NCBI RefSeq assembly: GCF_963921235.1
Contig: NC_086107.1
Coordinates: 99,078,001-99,142,000, forward strand
Origin: Mobula hypostoma
Lineage: Eukaryota
Direction of reading: 5' to 3'
Length of the DNA stretch: 64,000 bases
Numbering within the stretch: position 1 is the stretch's first letter; the number at the start of each line of letters is the position of its first letter. A program made the translations under genes and the position numbers. This document shows, piece by piece, positions 24,919 through 38,009 of the stretch. The notes under the pieces were generated by a model, which was not told the DNA's origin, did not search any database, and saw only the letters and a program-made list of their open reading frames with translations.

Positions 24919-27231
24919 ATATTCTATAGGTTTGCTGAGTATGCCCGTAGGAAAATGAATCTCAGGGTTGTATGTGATGACATGTATGTACTCTGATAAT
25001 AAAATTTACTTTGAACTTTGGCAAACAAAACAAAGATGATACGGGCTAAATGGCAGAACTCCACCCAGTGTGCAGGAACAGGTGGATCTGGATATACTTG
25101 GGTTTAGATTGTTGAGAGGGCAGAGTATATTGAGGGAGTGCTTAGTCAATCAAATGAGATCCTGAGATTGATAACTAGGAGCAGAGGAGTTATTTCAAAC
25201 CCTCAAACAACAATGGCTATGCCACCATCTGGAGTCTGGTGTCCACTTCTATCTATAGCATTTTAGGAAGGTTGCCAAGGTTCCAGATTCAAAGTACGTT
25301 TATTATCAAACTAAGGATGCAGTAAACAACCCTGAGATTTGTCTTCCCACAGACAGTCACAAAACAAAGAAGAACAATGGAAGCAGATTGTTCAGAGAAA
25401 CCAGCATCAAATCAGTATGGCCCGGGTCTGAGATCGTATCGAACCAGTCAGCATCCATGACCATCTGAGTACCTCTTCCATTTCATAATCATCTCCAAAG
25501 GTCATATCACTATGAGCCCCACTCATTTCCTACAAGCATTCTCTGACAAATCTAACATCAAAACCCCCTCCCCATAACATACAAAAATATAGTGCGAAGG
25601 GCAGCAAAAAAATGAATGAAAATGCAGACTACAAAACACAGAATCAAAAGGCATATTTCGGTTCAGTTCAGCTCAGAGTTCCTTATCTGCAGGCTGGCCC
25701 GATTCAAAAATTGCCCAAAATTAGTAACAAAAAAAGAGTGACCAAAACTAGAACACATCATAAACCTGAGAGTCCAAACCATGTCGAACAAGCCTTGCTA
25801 TGACACGAATGTAGCAAACTTTTCAGGGATGATGGCTACAAGGAGAAGCTTGGGTTGAGTAACAAAGATAAGATCTGGCAGAGATGAATATCATTGTTGG
25901 CTTATGGAAAGAAACCGGATGGAAACTGTTTCCAGTATCAATGGTTCAAGGACCAGGGGCATCAATTTAAAGTAAAACTAACACAGAGAGATTCTTTTTT
26001 TATTGAATGCAGAAAATGAGATCCAGAATTTGCAGATGATGGCATAATGGAAACTGAATTGGTGTCTTCAAAAGGGACTTGAGAGAAAATAATTTTCAGG
26101 CAAGTAGGAAAGTGGGCCAGCTGAGATTGCTTGACTTGGTGCTGGCAGAGTCTTGATGGGCTGAACGGCCTCTTCCCATGCCACAATAGTTCAGAGGCAC
26201 TATGTAACTCAGCAGTCGTCGGAGGGGAACCATGCCACAGAATGTAATGTCAACAGGCAGTGGCTGAGGTTCCAAACCGACTCCACTTTATTTTGCCTGG
26301 CATTCTGATATGGGTTCTGCTGATAGCAGCTCACATCAACAGTCGTTGCCTGACCTCGTGGTGAGAAATTAATGTGTTCCAATGAACTCCGGCTAAAGAC
26401 TTCCCACAAGTCCCCCGGTGTCTGCTGCAAAATCTATTTCACCATCCTTCCATGAACCTTTGATCTTCCTTTGTCCAAAGCAGCTCCATCCCACGGCTCA
26501 GTCCGTCTCCCACGGCATTTTTAAAAGTTCTGTCCTTAGCCCAAAACGATCTCCAAAAGCACTGTCATGGCCAGGAAGAACAAACTAATCAACTATGAAT
26601 TTTACTAGCGTCAGTCTACTGTAAGGCTTTGCCTACCCTAGTACTCCCACTCAATGATCCCCCAGTGACTACATCAGGGGGCGCTGTAGGTGGCTCTGGA
26701 CACTGACAGTGAGCCGCTGGAGCCCAGAAGCTCAGCTTTGGTCTAATTCTCTCATTAACGGTGGACAGTGCCTAGGTTCTCCTAGCCAACAAGGCCTTTA
26801 AAGATTAAAGACTAGCTCTAAAAGTTTAGCTTTATTCGTCACTTCTACGTCAATTGAAACACAGTGAAATGCATCGTGTGCGTCAATTGTGCTGGGCAGC
26901 CCACAAATGTCGCCACACCTCAATCTAGCATGCCCAAAAATCGCTAGACTTGGAATGTGGGAGGAAACCACAGCACCTGGAGAAAACCTACACAGCCGTG
27001 GGGAGAACGTACCGACTCCTGACAGACAGTGGCGGGAATTGAGCCCTGCCCTGTGATGCTGGCACTGTAATAACCTTACACAAACCGCCACGTTACCATT
27101 CTGTCCATGATAGACACACTACAGCTGGAAGAGCTGTAGGAGGTGGAACCATAAATGTTGAGATATCAGCCAGCCCATGATCTCCCAAAAGCACTGTCTC
27201 CACCCCAGAGTGTCAGCCTGCTCAAAGCCAA

Positions 27232-28128
27232 AGGAAATTGTGCAGAAGATGCAGAGAGTCTGCAGAGAGATATAAATAGGTTAAGTGAGTGGGCAAGGGT
27301 CTGGCAGATGGAGTACAATACTGGTAAATGTGAGATTATCCAATTTGGAAGGAAAAATGGAAGAGCAGATTATTATTTAAATGGTAAAAAATTGCATCAT
27401 GTTGCTGTGCAGAGGGGCTTGGGAGTGCTTGTGCATGAATTGCAAAGGGTTGGTTTGCAGGTGCAGCAGGCTATCAAGAAGCCAAATGGAATGTTGGCCT
27501 TCATTGCTAGAGGGATTGAATTTAAGAGCAGGGAGGTTATGCTGCAACTGTACAAGGTACTGGTGAGGCCATATCTGGAGTGCTGCGTGCAGTTCTGGTC
27601 TCCTTACTTGAGGAAGGATATACCAGCTTTGGAGGTGGTGCAGAAGAGCTTCACCAAGTTGATTCCAGAGTTGAGGGGGTTAGACTATGAGAAGAGATTG
27701 ATCGTCTAGGACTGTACTTGCTGCTGGAATACAGAAAAATGAGAGATCTTATAGAAACATATAAAATTATGCAAGGGATAGATAAGATGGAGGCAGGAGA
27801 GTTGTTTCCACTGGTAGGTGAGACTAGGGGACATAGCCTCAAGATTTGGGGGAGTAGATTTAGGATGGAGATGAGGAGAAATTGCTTCTCCCAGAGAGTG
27901 GTGAATCTGTGGAATTCTCTGCCCAATGAAGCAGTGGAGGCTTCCTCAGTAAATATATTTAAGACAAGGTTGGATAGATTTTTGCATAGTAGGGGAATTA
28001 AGGGTTATGGGGAAAAGGCAGGTAGGTGGAGATGAGTCCATGGCCAGATCAGCCATGATCTTATTGAATAGTGGAGCAGGCTCGACGGGCCAGATGGTCT
28101 ACTCCTGCTCCTATTATTATGTTCTTAT
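27232..28128 (+). mobile_element. CR1 LINE 3' fragment
   Basis: LQRDINRLSEWARVWQMEYN...KVLVRPYLECCVQFWSPY...FSQRVVNLWNSLP and CR1 tail. Confidence 0.92.
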
Positions 28129-29748
28129 GAAATACTCATCCTGAGTTATAGCAACACAAGCCAAAGTCATTCAATGCAAGCTAAAAGATTCACTAATCAT
28201 AAACACAAGAGATTCTCCGGAAGCTGGAAATTTTGAACAACACACACAAAATGTTGGAGGAACTCAGCAAGTGAGGAAGCATCTATGGAGGGGAATAAAT
28301 AGTTGAAATTTCAGGTCAATATCCTTCATAAGGACCCAAAGAACGATCTCGTCCTAAAGCGCTGACTGTTTATTCACTACCTTAAATGCTGCCTGACTTG
28401 TTATCTATGTTGCTATCTATAACTATGATTTGTTATCTGAGTTGCCATCTATGATACACAGCCAACAGAAGGAGTTCTGTGGATTGAGAGAGGCTCAGTT
28501 GGCACTTGCGTAAAGGACCACTGATCACATGGTTTAGTCCAGGGCTCCATTGTGGAGTAAATTATTGTCGCAAAGCAAGAACAGAGACAGATAAGATCTT
28601 GGCAGAAGGACGTAAAATAAATGAACATGCTGATTAGAATTCTCAAAAATACAATAATATTAACACATCAAAGGAAAGCAATACATCTGTGGAAACAAAT
28701 AGCAGACCAAAATGGATTGTCAAACAATCTCAGAGACTGATTGAGAGTTGCTGAGTGAATGAGGGACTGTATTTACCTACTGCAATTGAAGCTAATGTAA
28801 ATATCTTTGTTGGAAAGTATTATTGTTTCCTGCAGATTTATGAGGACACAATATTGTGTTTGTTTTCTTTAAGGGGGGTGTATATAATAAAGAACTGCAG
28901 TTCCCAGTGAGCAGTGCAGGTAGTTCACCCTGGAACTGGAAGTGATGCTGGTGAGCAGGTTGCTTGCGCTTATGTTGAACTGAAGCCATGAGTTGGTCGC
29001 ATGCAAACGTGTGGAGCTAGAGCCATTATTGTTAAAAAGTATGTGTTCATATTAAAACGCACACCAAGCTTGTCTTTGATTAATAACAAACATAACACTG
29101 AGTTCCTCCACTGTTTAAAGAGAATGGCAGTCCAAAGATGAAGCTTGACCAGGTCCACCAGGGTAGAAAAGGAACTGGGCATCTTTAAGCCCAATGCTCA
29201 GTAACTCTTTGCTGAGATGTACACTACAATGCAAAGGTTTTAGGCACACACACACACATATATATATATTTAGCTAGGGTCCTTAAGACTTTTGCACAGT
29301 ACTGTATTTGTCAATATGGAGTGGAGAGCGAGTCTGTAAACCTGGCAGGAGCAAAAGAAATTGGGAATGGTGAGGGTGGAGTGCCACAGGAAGTGTGTGG
29401 GACAGGTGGCAGAAAAGGAGTGCCAGGGACAGGGAATGGCACAGGTGCAGACACACCCAGACCTGAGACATCAGGCAAGGTCACTTAATTCCAAACAATT
29501 AGTTTATTGATCATTACAGAGTGTCTCTCTGGTTCTTCCCACTCCCTCCCCTCTCCCTTCCCCTTTTTGCAACCATGATTCCCCTCTCCCTGCCCCCTTC
29601 TCACTCTCAGGCCACAATAGAGACCCATACCAGAATCAGGTTTATCATCACTCACATATGCCATGAAATTTGTGTTTTTTCTGTGGCAGCAGTAGAGTGC
29701 AATGCATAAAATTATCACAGTGTTGTGCAAAAATCTTAGGCACTATAT

Positions 29749-29789
<41 letters not shown>

Positions 29790-30919
29790 CGCATGCCTAA
29801 GACATTTGCACAGTACTAGACTCTATGATAAGTCAACCTATAGCCTGGGAAATGATAAACCCCCCCCCCCCCCGCCCGTAAGACTGTTTCTAACCACTGT
29901 TTACCAGAGTCTGTTCAAACTCTGTTTTATTCTATTTACCATACCGTGCTATCGCAGACACCCTGTGCAACACTACCATCACTTCTTATCTGGACAGTGT
30001 GAATGTGCACCCACTCCTGTACAATATTACAGTCATTCTTGCACTACCATCTTATCAACGTGAACTTGTAAATCTTGTAATCTTTGACTTGTAAATCTTG
30101 TGCATCTTATTTTTAAGGCAACTTTTTAAAAAATTCTTTCTCCTCTTCTAATATTCGTATACCCGTGCTCTTGTAATGTTACTGTGACACTGTAATTTCC
30201 TTTGGATCCAATAAAGTATCTATTTATCTATGCGTCTGAATTAACAGTCAAGTGTGGTAATAAACAGCTGTTCTTGGTTCTTTAACCTCGAGTATCTACA
30301 ATTGAAACAATACAGGTGAGACAAGGGAGTGCAAAACGTCTTTAACATGGTTACTCCCTGGTGGGTCGTCTCGTCTTCACTCATCCATGTATAAACACAG
30401 TGAGCAGGTTGAATTTCATTGTCAGGTCAGAGTATCCCTGGAGTTTATGGTGGAGATGGTAGCGGTCAGGCTAAGTACAGTCTCTGGGACTCAGATCCAT
30501 TTTCAAAATGCCATTGACACCTCTGTGACATTTAAGAGTGTAATAGTTGAAGTGCGACATTTTCAAAACAGAGGCTAAGTACACAATAGTGAACTTTAAG
30601 CTAAGTCTCTGGGACGCTGAAAGCGGGGGCAGGGGAAGTGATGAAAGAAAACGCGCATGGCTCACGGGGGCGGGGGGGTAAGGCTCTTCTACCGCGATTA
30701 TATTGACTGGGAGTGGGGAGGGGGAAGAGGTTTGAGGGGGCTAGGTAGCATGCTATTTTCTTGCAGGCACCCTGAGTGGAGTCCTCATTCTCCACCACAC
30801 GGGCTTCATCACTGCCTATGGTCACCCTTACGCCACAGCTATCACCAGTGCTGCCCCAGTCCACTTCTGAAACTCGGTGATCAAACTGAAGTTACACATC
30901 TAACAGTAAGTGGCTCCCC

Positions 30920-31380
30920 TTAGGCTCAGTTTTCCTCGAGGCAGGTGGTCGTGGCAGAACTGACGTTCCTTGGGAAGACCGGATTAAGAAGGTTATTGGA
31001 GCGTAAGAAAGCCAACCAGCAGGAGCTGGTAGAGGAGTGCCAGAGACAGGGGTGGAGGGCACAAGATGAGCCTATAGAGGTGGGGTGTAGAGGTTTGCTG
31101 GCCGCTCGCTGTGCTGAACCTACTCTCTCGTTGGCGTTATGGGGGCTGCAAAGAAAAGAGCCACCAGGACCGTCACAGAGGCTGCTGAGCGAGTCTCCCG
31201 ATGGCTATGGATCAAGAGGTGTGACCCGTGGACCAGTGCTGCTGGGATACAAGCCGGGGCCTGGTCAACCCTGGCTGGGTCGCCCGGACGAGAGTGTCTG
31301 ATGTTGAAAGACCCGGAGACACCCGATGACCGCAGGTCGCCGATGATGCATCCCAGCACTTCCCAAGACGTACCTCAGCA
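30920..31380 (+). mobile_element. HERO-like (restriction-like endonuclease) non-LTR retrotransposon 3' remnant
   Basis: Frameshifted translation QVVVAELT(V)PWEDRI...ERKKANQQELVEECQRQGWRA..EPIEVGCRG...GAAKKRATRTVTEAAERVSRWLWIKRCDPW, the RLE C-terminus typical of HERO elements. Confidence 0.8.
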
Positions 31381-32730
31381 TCAGTCGTCATGACCTGTAC
31401 TGTTCTGTGCTCTACACACCATAATTCCTGTGACCATTAGCCTGCACACACTCAGTCCAGCAATGCATCAGTTTAAGAATTCTCATCCTTGTGTCCAAAT
31501 TTGACATGGACAACATGCATTCCTTTCTCTCTATCCTCTTCCAGATCGAGAGCTCTGCGAGAATCGAGCTATCCACCCGATCGGCTTCATTTTGATTTGC
31601 TCTGCCATTCGCCGCCAATGCCCAATTATGAATTCTCTCCTCTTTTATCTTGAAAACACACGGCCTCTGTGATGTGAATTTCCCCCTACTTTTGACACCA
31701 TTGAGTGTCAGGGGTCAACTACAAAGTGGCTGGTTCCCAGCCTTCAGGACTAAGGGGAAATTGCACGGTCAATGGCAGACCCCTAAATCGTGCTAATGTA
31801 GAGAGGGGTGTTGGGGTCCAGATCCAAGTGGCTACACAGCTTGTTGGGGTGGAGCAGACGGCATATGGCATGGCTGTTTGTATTCGTCAAATTCAAGAGG
31901 CAGGAAGTTACGTTGTAGAACGCTGATTAGGCCACATTCAATTCTGAAAACCCTGTTATGGGAAGGCAGTCAAGGCGTTGGAGAGGGTGGATTTTGCAGA
32001 CGGTACAAAGGTAGGTGGAGGGGCAGGAAGTGTTGAGGAAGCAGGGAGTCTGCAGAAGGGCTTAGAGAGATTAGGAGAAGGGGCAAAGAGGTGGTGCATA
32101 AGAATCAGGTTGAATATCACTGGCATGTGTCCTGATTTTCTTTGTTTTGCAGCAGCAGTACATACAGTAGTGTGCAAAAGTCGCAGCTACATACATATAG
32201 CTGGGGTACCTACAACTTCTGCACGGTACTGTAGTAATTTTATGGATTGCACTGTACTGCTGCTGCAAGAAAAATTAATTTCATGACATATGTGAGTGAT
32301 GATAAACCTGATTCTGATATGGGTCTTTATTGTGGACTGAGAGTGGGAAGGGGGGCAGGGAGAGGGGAATCATGGTTGGGAAAGAGGGAAGGGAGCAGGA
32401 AGCATCAGAGAGACATTTTGTAATGATCAATAATCCAGTTGTTTGGAATCAAGTGACCTTACCTGGTGTTTCAGGAACGGGTGTGTCTGCACCCGCACCA
32501 ACCCCTTCCCCCCACCATCCGGGCACTCCTTTACTAGCACCCGTCCCACACCCCTCCAGCGGCATTTCACCCTTGCCGTTCCCAACATCCTTTGCCCCCG
32601 CCAGGTTTACAAGTTCGCTCTCTGCTCTGCAGTGCAAAAGTCTTAGGCACTCTAGCTAATGTATGTGCCTAAGACTTTTGCACAGTACTGTAGTAATTTT
32701 TTTAAAAACTATAAATTACAAAAAGAAATT

Positions 32731-34040
32731 TATATCTATCTGGGAATGCCCCATTATCAAAGACTATTGGAGTGGGATACATAATGCCCTACAAGACATC
32801 TTTAAATGTGAAATACCCTTAGAGAGTAAGACCATATATTTTAGGTATATACCTCAAGGATGGTTGAAAAGAGATAAATATTTAATGAATATACTGCTGG
32901 TGGCTGGTAAAAAGACCCTTACCAGGAAATGGTTATCACAGGAGAGCCCAACTTTAAATGTATGGATGGAAATTACAATGGATATTTATAAAATGGAGAA
33001 GATAACAGCATCTGTTAATCATAAGTTGGAACAATTTGATTCATACTGGGAAAAATGGTTTAACTACATAACACCTCATAGGCCTGATTTTATTCTCACA
33101 AGTCAATGAATATGTTGTTAAAAAAAGATCACTCCCTACTTTGTACATAGTTTTCTTCTTTTGATTGTTCTATCTTTCCTCTCCCTTCTATAGAATAGAA
33201 TAGTACAGCACAGTACAGGCCCTTCAGCCCACGATGTTGTGCCGACCCTCAAACCCTGCCTCCCATATAAGCCCCCACCTTAGATTCCTCCATATACCTG
33301 TCTAGTAGTTTCTTAAACTTCACTAGTGTATCTGCCTCCACCACTGACTCAGGCAGTGCATTCCATGCACCAACCACTCTCTGAGTAAAAAACCTTCCTC
33401 TAATATCCCCCTTGAACTTCCCATCCCTTGCCTTAAAGCCATGTCCTCTTGTATTGAGCAGTGGTGCCCTGGGGAAGAAGCGCTGGCTATCCACTCTATC
33501 TATTCCTCTTATTATCTTGTACCCCTCTATCATGTCTCCTCTCATCCTCCTTCTCTCCAAAGAGTAAAGCCCTAGCTCCCTTAATCTCTGATCATAATGC
33601 ATACTTTCTAAACCAGGCAGCATCCTGGTAAATCTCCTCTGTACCCTTTCCAATGCTTCCACATTCTTCCTATAGTGAGGTGACCAGAACTGGACACAGT
33701 ACTCCAAGTGTGGCCTAACCAGAGTTTTATAGAGCTGCATCATTACATCGCGACTCTTAAACTCTATCCCTCGACTTATGAAAGCTAACACTCCATAAGC
33801 TTTCTTAACTACCCTATCCACCTGTGAGGCAACTTTCAGGGATCTGTGGACATGTACGCCCAGATCCCTCTGCTCCTCCACACTACCAAGTATCCTGCCA
33901 TTTACTCTATAAGTGTATATCTCAGATAAATATTATGTGGAAATTTGTGACAAATATATGTATGATATATATAATACATCTTATGGAAATGTTTGTTTGA
34001 TGATGAACTTCAATAAAAAATAAATTACAAAAAAAAAATT
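32731..34040 (+). mobile_element. L1-clade LINE 3' end (ORF2 C-terminus, 3' UTR, A-rich tail), interrupted by CR1
   Basis: WECPIIKDYWSGIH...LLVAGKKTLTRKWLSQESPTLNVWM...MEKIT...W is a fish-type L1 ORF2 C-terminus; AATAAA plus A-rich tail at about 34012-34038. Confidence 0.85.
33193..33905 (-). mobile_element. CR1 3' fragment nested in the L1 3' UTR
   Basis: ORF 33249-33881 encodes a CR1 C-terminus; (CTATT)n tail; TCTATA present at both junctions. Confidence 0.92.
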
Positions 34041-34194
34041 CAGTAATGCAAAAGGAGGACACAAAAAACGAGGGAAAAATGGGACTGTGTTGCTTACTTT
34101 AACAGTGGATTTCAGCTGACGTAGTCCTAACCGAGAATCTTTGATGATTCCCTTCAGAGTTGCATGCAAAGAGTCTAAGATAGAACATAGCACA

Positions 34195-35335
34195 GGGAAG
34201 TGCATGGTCATGCGCTTTGGTAGAAGGAATAAAGGTATAGGCTAGTTTCTAAACGGGGAGAAAATTCAGAAATCCAAGGTGCAAAGGGACTTGACAGTCC
34301 TCATGCAGGATTTCCTGAAGGTTAGCTTGCAGGTTGAGTCAGTGGTGAGGAAGGCAAATGTGGTGTTAACATTCATTTTGGGAAGGCTAGGATACAAGGA
34401 TGTGATGCTGAGGCTTTTGGTATTGGCCATGCTGCATTTGGAGAACTGTGAGCAGCGTTGGGCCTTTTACCAAGGGAAGGATGTGCTGGCCTTGGAGAAG
34501 GTCCAGAGGAGGTTCACAAGAATAATTCTGGGAATGAAAGGGTTGAAGTATGAGGAGCATTTGATGGCTCTGGGTCTGTACTTACCGGAGTTTAGAAGAA
34601 TGAGGGGGGATCTTGACTATTGAAAGCCCTAGACAGAGTGGATGTGGAGAGGATGTTTTCTATGGCGGGAGAGTCTAGGACCACAGGGTGTAGAGGGACA
34701 TTCCTTTAGAATAGTGAGGAGGAATTTCTGCAGCCAGAGAGAGGTCATGGAATTCATTGCCACAGACAGCTGTGGTGGCCAGACATTGGGTACGTTTAAA
34801 GCAGAGCTTGATAGGTTCTCGATTAGTAAGGGTGTCAAAGTTTATGGGGAGAATGGGGTTGAGAGGGATAATAAATCAGCCATGTGGAATACTGGAGCAG
34901 ACTCAATGGGCTGAATAGCCTCATTCTGCTCCCATGTCTTATGGTCTTATTAGAGGGCATGTGGTCTATGGAGAGTTTGGACCGGCTCAGGTCATTTTCT
35001 CTGAAGCAACTGAAGCTGAGAGGAGACTGGTAGAAGGTTATAAAATTATAAGAGGCATTGATAAACAGTCAGTATTTTTTTCTCAGGATCAAAATGTCTA
35101 ATACTTGAGGGCATCCATTTAAGGGGAGGGGGAAGGTTCAGAGGAGATGCCTGGAGCACAAAATGGCGGATGCCTAGTATACTCTGGTAGTGGGGAAGTG
35201 GGTAGGGGAGCAGATGTAATTGAAATGTTTAAGGGAACATAAATATGCAGGAATTGAGAGATTAGTCTAATTAGGCATCATTAGTTTAACTTGGCCCGAA
35301 ACCGAGGGCTAAAGGGCTTGTTCCCGTTCTATGTT
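34195..35335 (+). mobile_element. Old CR1 fragments
   Basis: Degenerate VQRDL...KVQRRFTRII...RRMRGDL motifs and tails. Confidence 0.8.
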
Positions 35336-36167
35336 CTACCACCTAGCAGCCAAATTTTTAAAAAAATCTCAACAGTAGCAAACTCAGAAATAAAACGCAT
35401 AGTTTTCTTTAACAAAAATTTGTAACAGCATGAAATGATGACGGAACGTGCAGGGAAGCTGAGGAAAGAAGGGGAACTCGCATTTCTCTTTGCATTAAAA
35501 TTGATTGCATTTTGAAGTACTTATTAGAAAGATTGGCAATGCAAATACAGAGGATGACAAGACTTGCATATCATTAAAAACTCATTAACACCTCATGCAT
35601 CAGTGCAAATCCATTTTAGGGTTTTAGTGATGAAATTGGTTTCTAAAGACTTGGAACTGTTGCAATGCTGAGAGAGGCCACTCAGGCCACTGAAACTTCA
35701 CAGTATTCCAGTAGGCAGGCGTTCCCAACAATTTTTATCATCTACTATTAACTGAAAGGTTTGCGGACCCCAGCCTGGGAGCCCCTGCGATAGAGCAATC
35801 CCATCAACCCAAGCACCTGCCCTTTCCGCAGAGCTCTGTCGATTATTCCCTCGAAGACCTATCCAATTCCCTGTGAAAGTTCCAATCAGCAAGGGCAGGA
35901 ATTCCCACGTCAGATCAACTACTTTTTTTTTAGCTCCTTTCCATGCCTTCTGGCACATCGACCAGCTGCCTTGGCATTCTTCAGCACGTTGTCGGGTCTT
36001 TACGAGGCTGAGTTGCCAGCTTGTCCGTCACTTAGCTCAGCACAGATGGAAAGTGTGCACGGAGCTGGCCGGATTCGAACCCAGGACCACTCGCCTGGAA
36101 GTCTGGTGCGGATACCACCACACCACCGGCCAGCTCTATCAACTATAGAAATTATAAAAAAGAAGAA

Positions 36168-36762
36168 GGGTCTCAGCTCGAAACTTTGACTGTTTATAGA
36201 TTATGCCTGACCTGCTGAGTTCTTCCGGCATTTTGTGTGTGTTGCTCTGGACTTCCAGCATCGGCAGAACCTCCTGTGTTTAAGCTTTTCCTTCCACTTT
36301 GAGCACAGACAGAGATGCTGGAAATCCAGAGCAACGCACACAAAATGCTGGAGGAACTCAGCAGGTCGGGCAGCGTCTGTGGAGGGGAATAAACGGTCAA
36401 CGTTTCAGTCTGAGACTCTTCATCAGAACTGGAAAGGAAGGGGGGAAGGTGCCAGAATAAGAAGGTGGGAGGAGGGGAAGGGGGACAAGCTGGCAGGTGA
36501 TAGGTGAGACCAGGTGAGGTGAAGATGGGTGGATAGGGAGGGGGGAAATGAAGTAAGATGCTGGGAGGTGATAGGGCAGATGAGGAGAAGAGAAGGGGTG
36601 AGAGGGGAACCGGAATGGGAAATGAAAAAAGAGGGGAAGAGGTGGGGGAGAAACTACCACAAGCTGGAGAAATCAATGTTCATGCCATCAGGTTGGAGGC
36701 TACCCAGGTGTAATCTGAGGTGTGGCTCCTCCACCCTGAGTGTGGCCTCATTGTGGCAGTAG
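36168..36762 (-). mobile_element. Penelope-like element 3' end with inverted terminal repeat
   Basis: Minus translation YCHNEATLRVEEPHLRLHLGSLQPDGMNIDFS resembles the Penelope GIY-YIG C-terminus; inverted arms at about 36168-36280 and 36305-36430. Confidence 0.8.
36394..36431 (-). ncRNA. Minimal type I hammerhead ribozyme-like motif
   Basis: Minus strand CAGTT-CTGATGA-agAGTCtcaGACT-GAAAC-GTT-GACCG: CUGANGA and GAAA core, stem II, loop-less palindromic stem III (ACGU), imperfect stem I. Confidence 0.6.
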
Positions 36763-37017
36763 ATGTTTCCTTAGCCACACATTAAACTGCCTGCTCTTCT
36801 TTCATCTGCTCTGGCTGGCTGGTGGCAGCAGGAGCAATGCAGAGATTGACGTGTTTTGAGGTCCTAACTTTTATCTTCTGTCCAACCCCAGCAGCTTCAA
36901 CTGTAGAACTCTTAACCCTTGGACCCACAAATTCCGGCACTCTCCCTTCCCCCTGGCCCATCCGGCATCTTCTCTGTCCCTTATCCCACAACCAGGGCAA
37001 CAACCTGCCCGGTGAGA

Positions 37018-37386
37018 TAGACAGTAGACATTAGGTGCAGGAGTAGGCCATTCTGCCCTTTGAGCCAGCTCCGCCACTCACTGTGATCATGGCTGATCAT
37101 CCACAATCAGTATCCAGTTCCTGCCTTCTCCCCATATCCCTTGACTCCGCTATCTTTAAGAGCTCTATCTAACTTTAAGAAAGAATCCAGAGAATTGGCC
37201 TTCACTGCCTTCTGAGGCAGAGCATTCCACAGAACCACAACCCTCTGGGTGAAAAAGTTTTTCCTCAACTCCGTTCTAAATGGTCTACCCCTTATTCTTA
37301 AACTGTGGCCTCTGGTTCCAGACTCCCCCAACATCGGGAACATGTTTCCTGCCTCTAGCGTGTCCAATCCCTTAATAATCTTATAT
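37018..37386 (-). mobile_element. CR1 3' fragment
   Basis: TRGHSLRIRGRPFRTELRKNFFTQRVV and CR1 tail. Confidence 0.9.
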
Positions 37387-38009
37387 CTTAGATGTCACTG
37401 CAACACCCTTTTACCCCTGACTGTGCAGTGCATGTCTAACATTCTCAGTTACCACCAGTCCTTCTCCTCCTCTCTGTGCACTCAGAGCCACCCCCCCAAC
37501 ATGAGACTATGGTCTCCCACTTCCCCAAGGTGTGTTCACTCCCACCACTTCTTCTTCCTGCCCTTCCGGGTGATTACCGTTTATTAACCCAAACCCACCA
37601 AGGGTGTGGGGTGGCTGTCCCTTGGAATATCCAGCCCAGGAAAATCTCAGCTTCCACTAAGCCCTGCAGCGATCAGCTCTCTTGCACGAGCTCAAAAATC
37701 CTGACCTTGATCAGAAGGCACTCCCTATACCAGTGGACTCCCGAGCATGAGAAATTTGTGAAGTTCTCACACATTGCAGGAACCGCAAAAAAAAAACAGA
37801 TTCTCATCTGTTCCACCAAGAAGGAGAAAAAGAGACTAACACCTTTTGCTAACACTTACTGAGTTGTTAGCATGATTGAATTAACCCTGTCTTTTATAAA
37901 ATGAAAACTATTGGAAATACTCAATATATCTCAAGTAACCAAATATGCCTCAAATCACCATAAATGGATCATATCTCATGTGACCACATGGACCTCAAAT
38001 CACCATATC

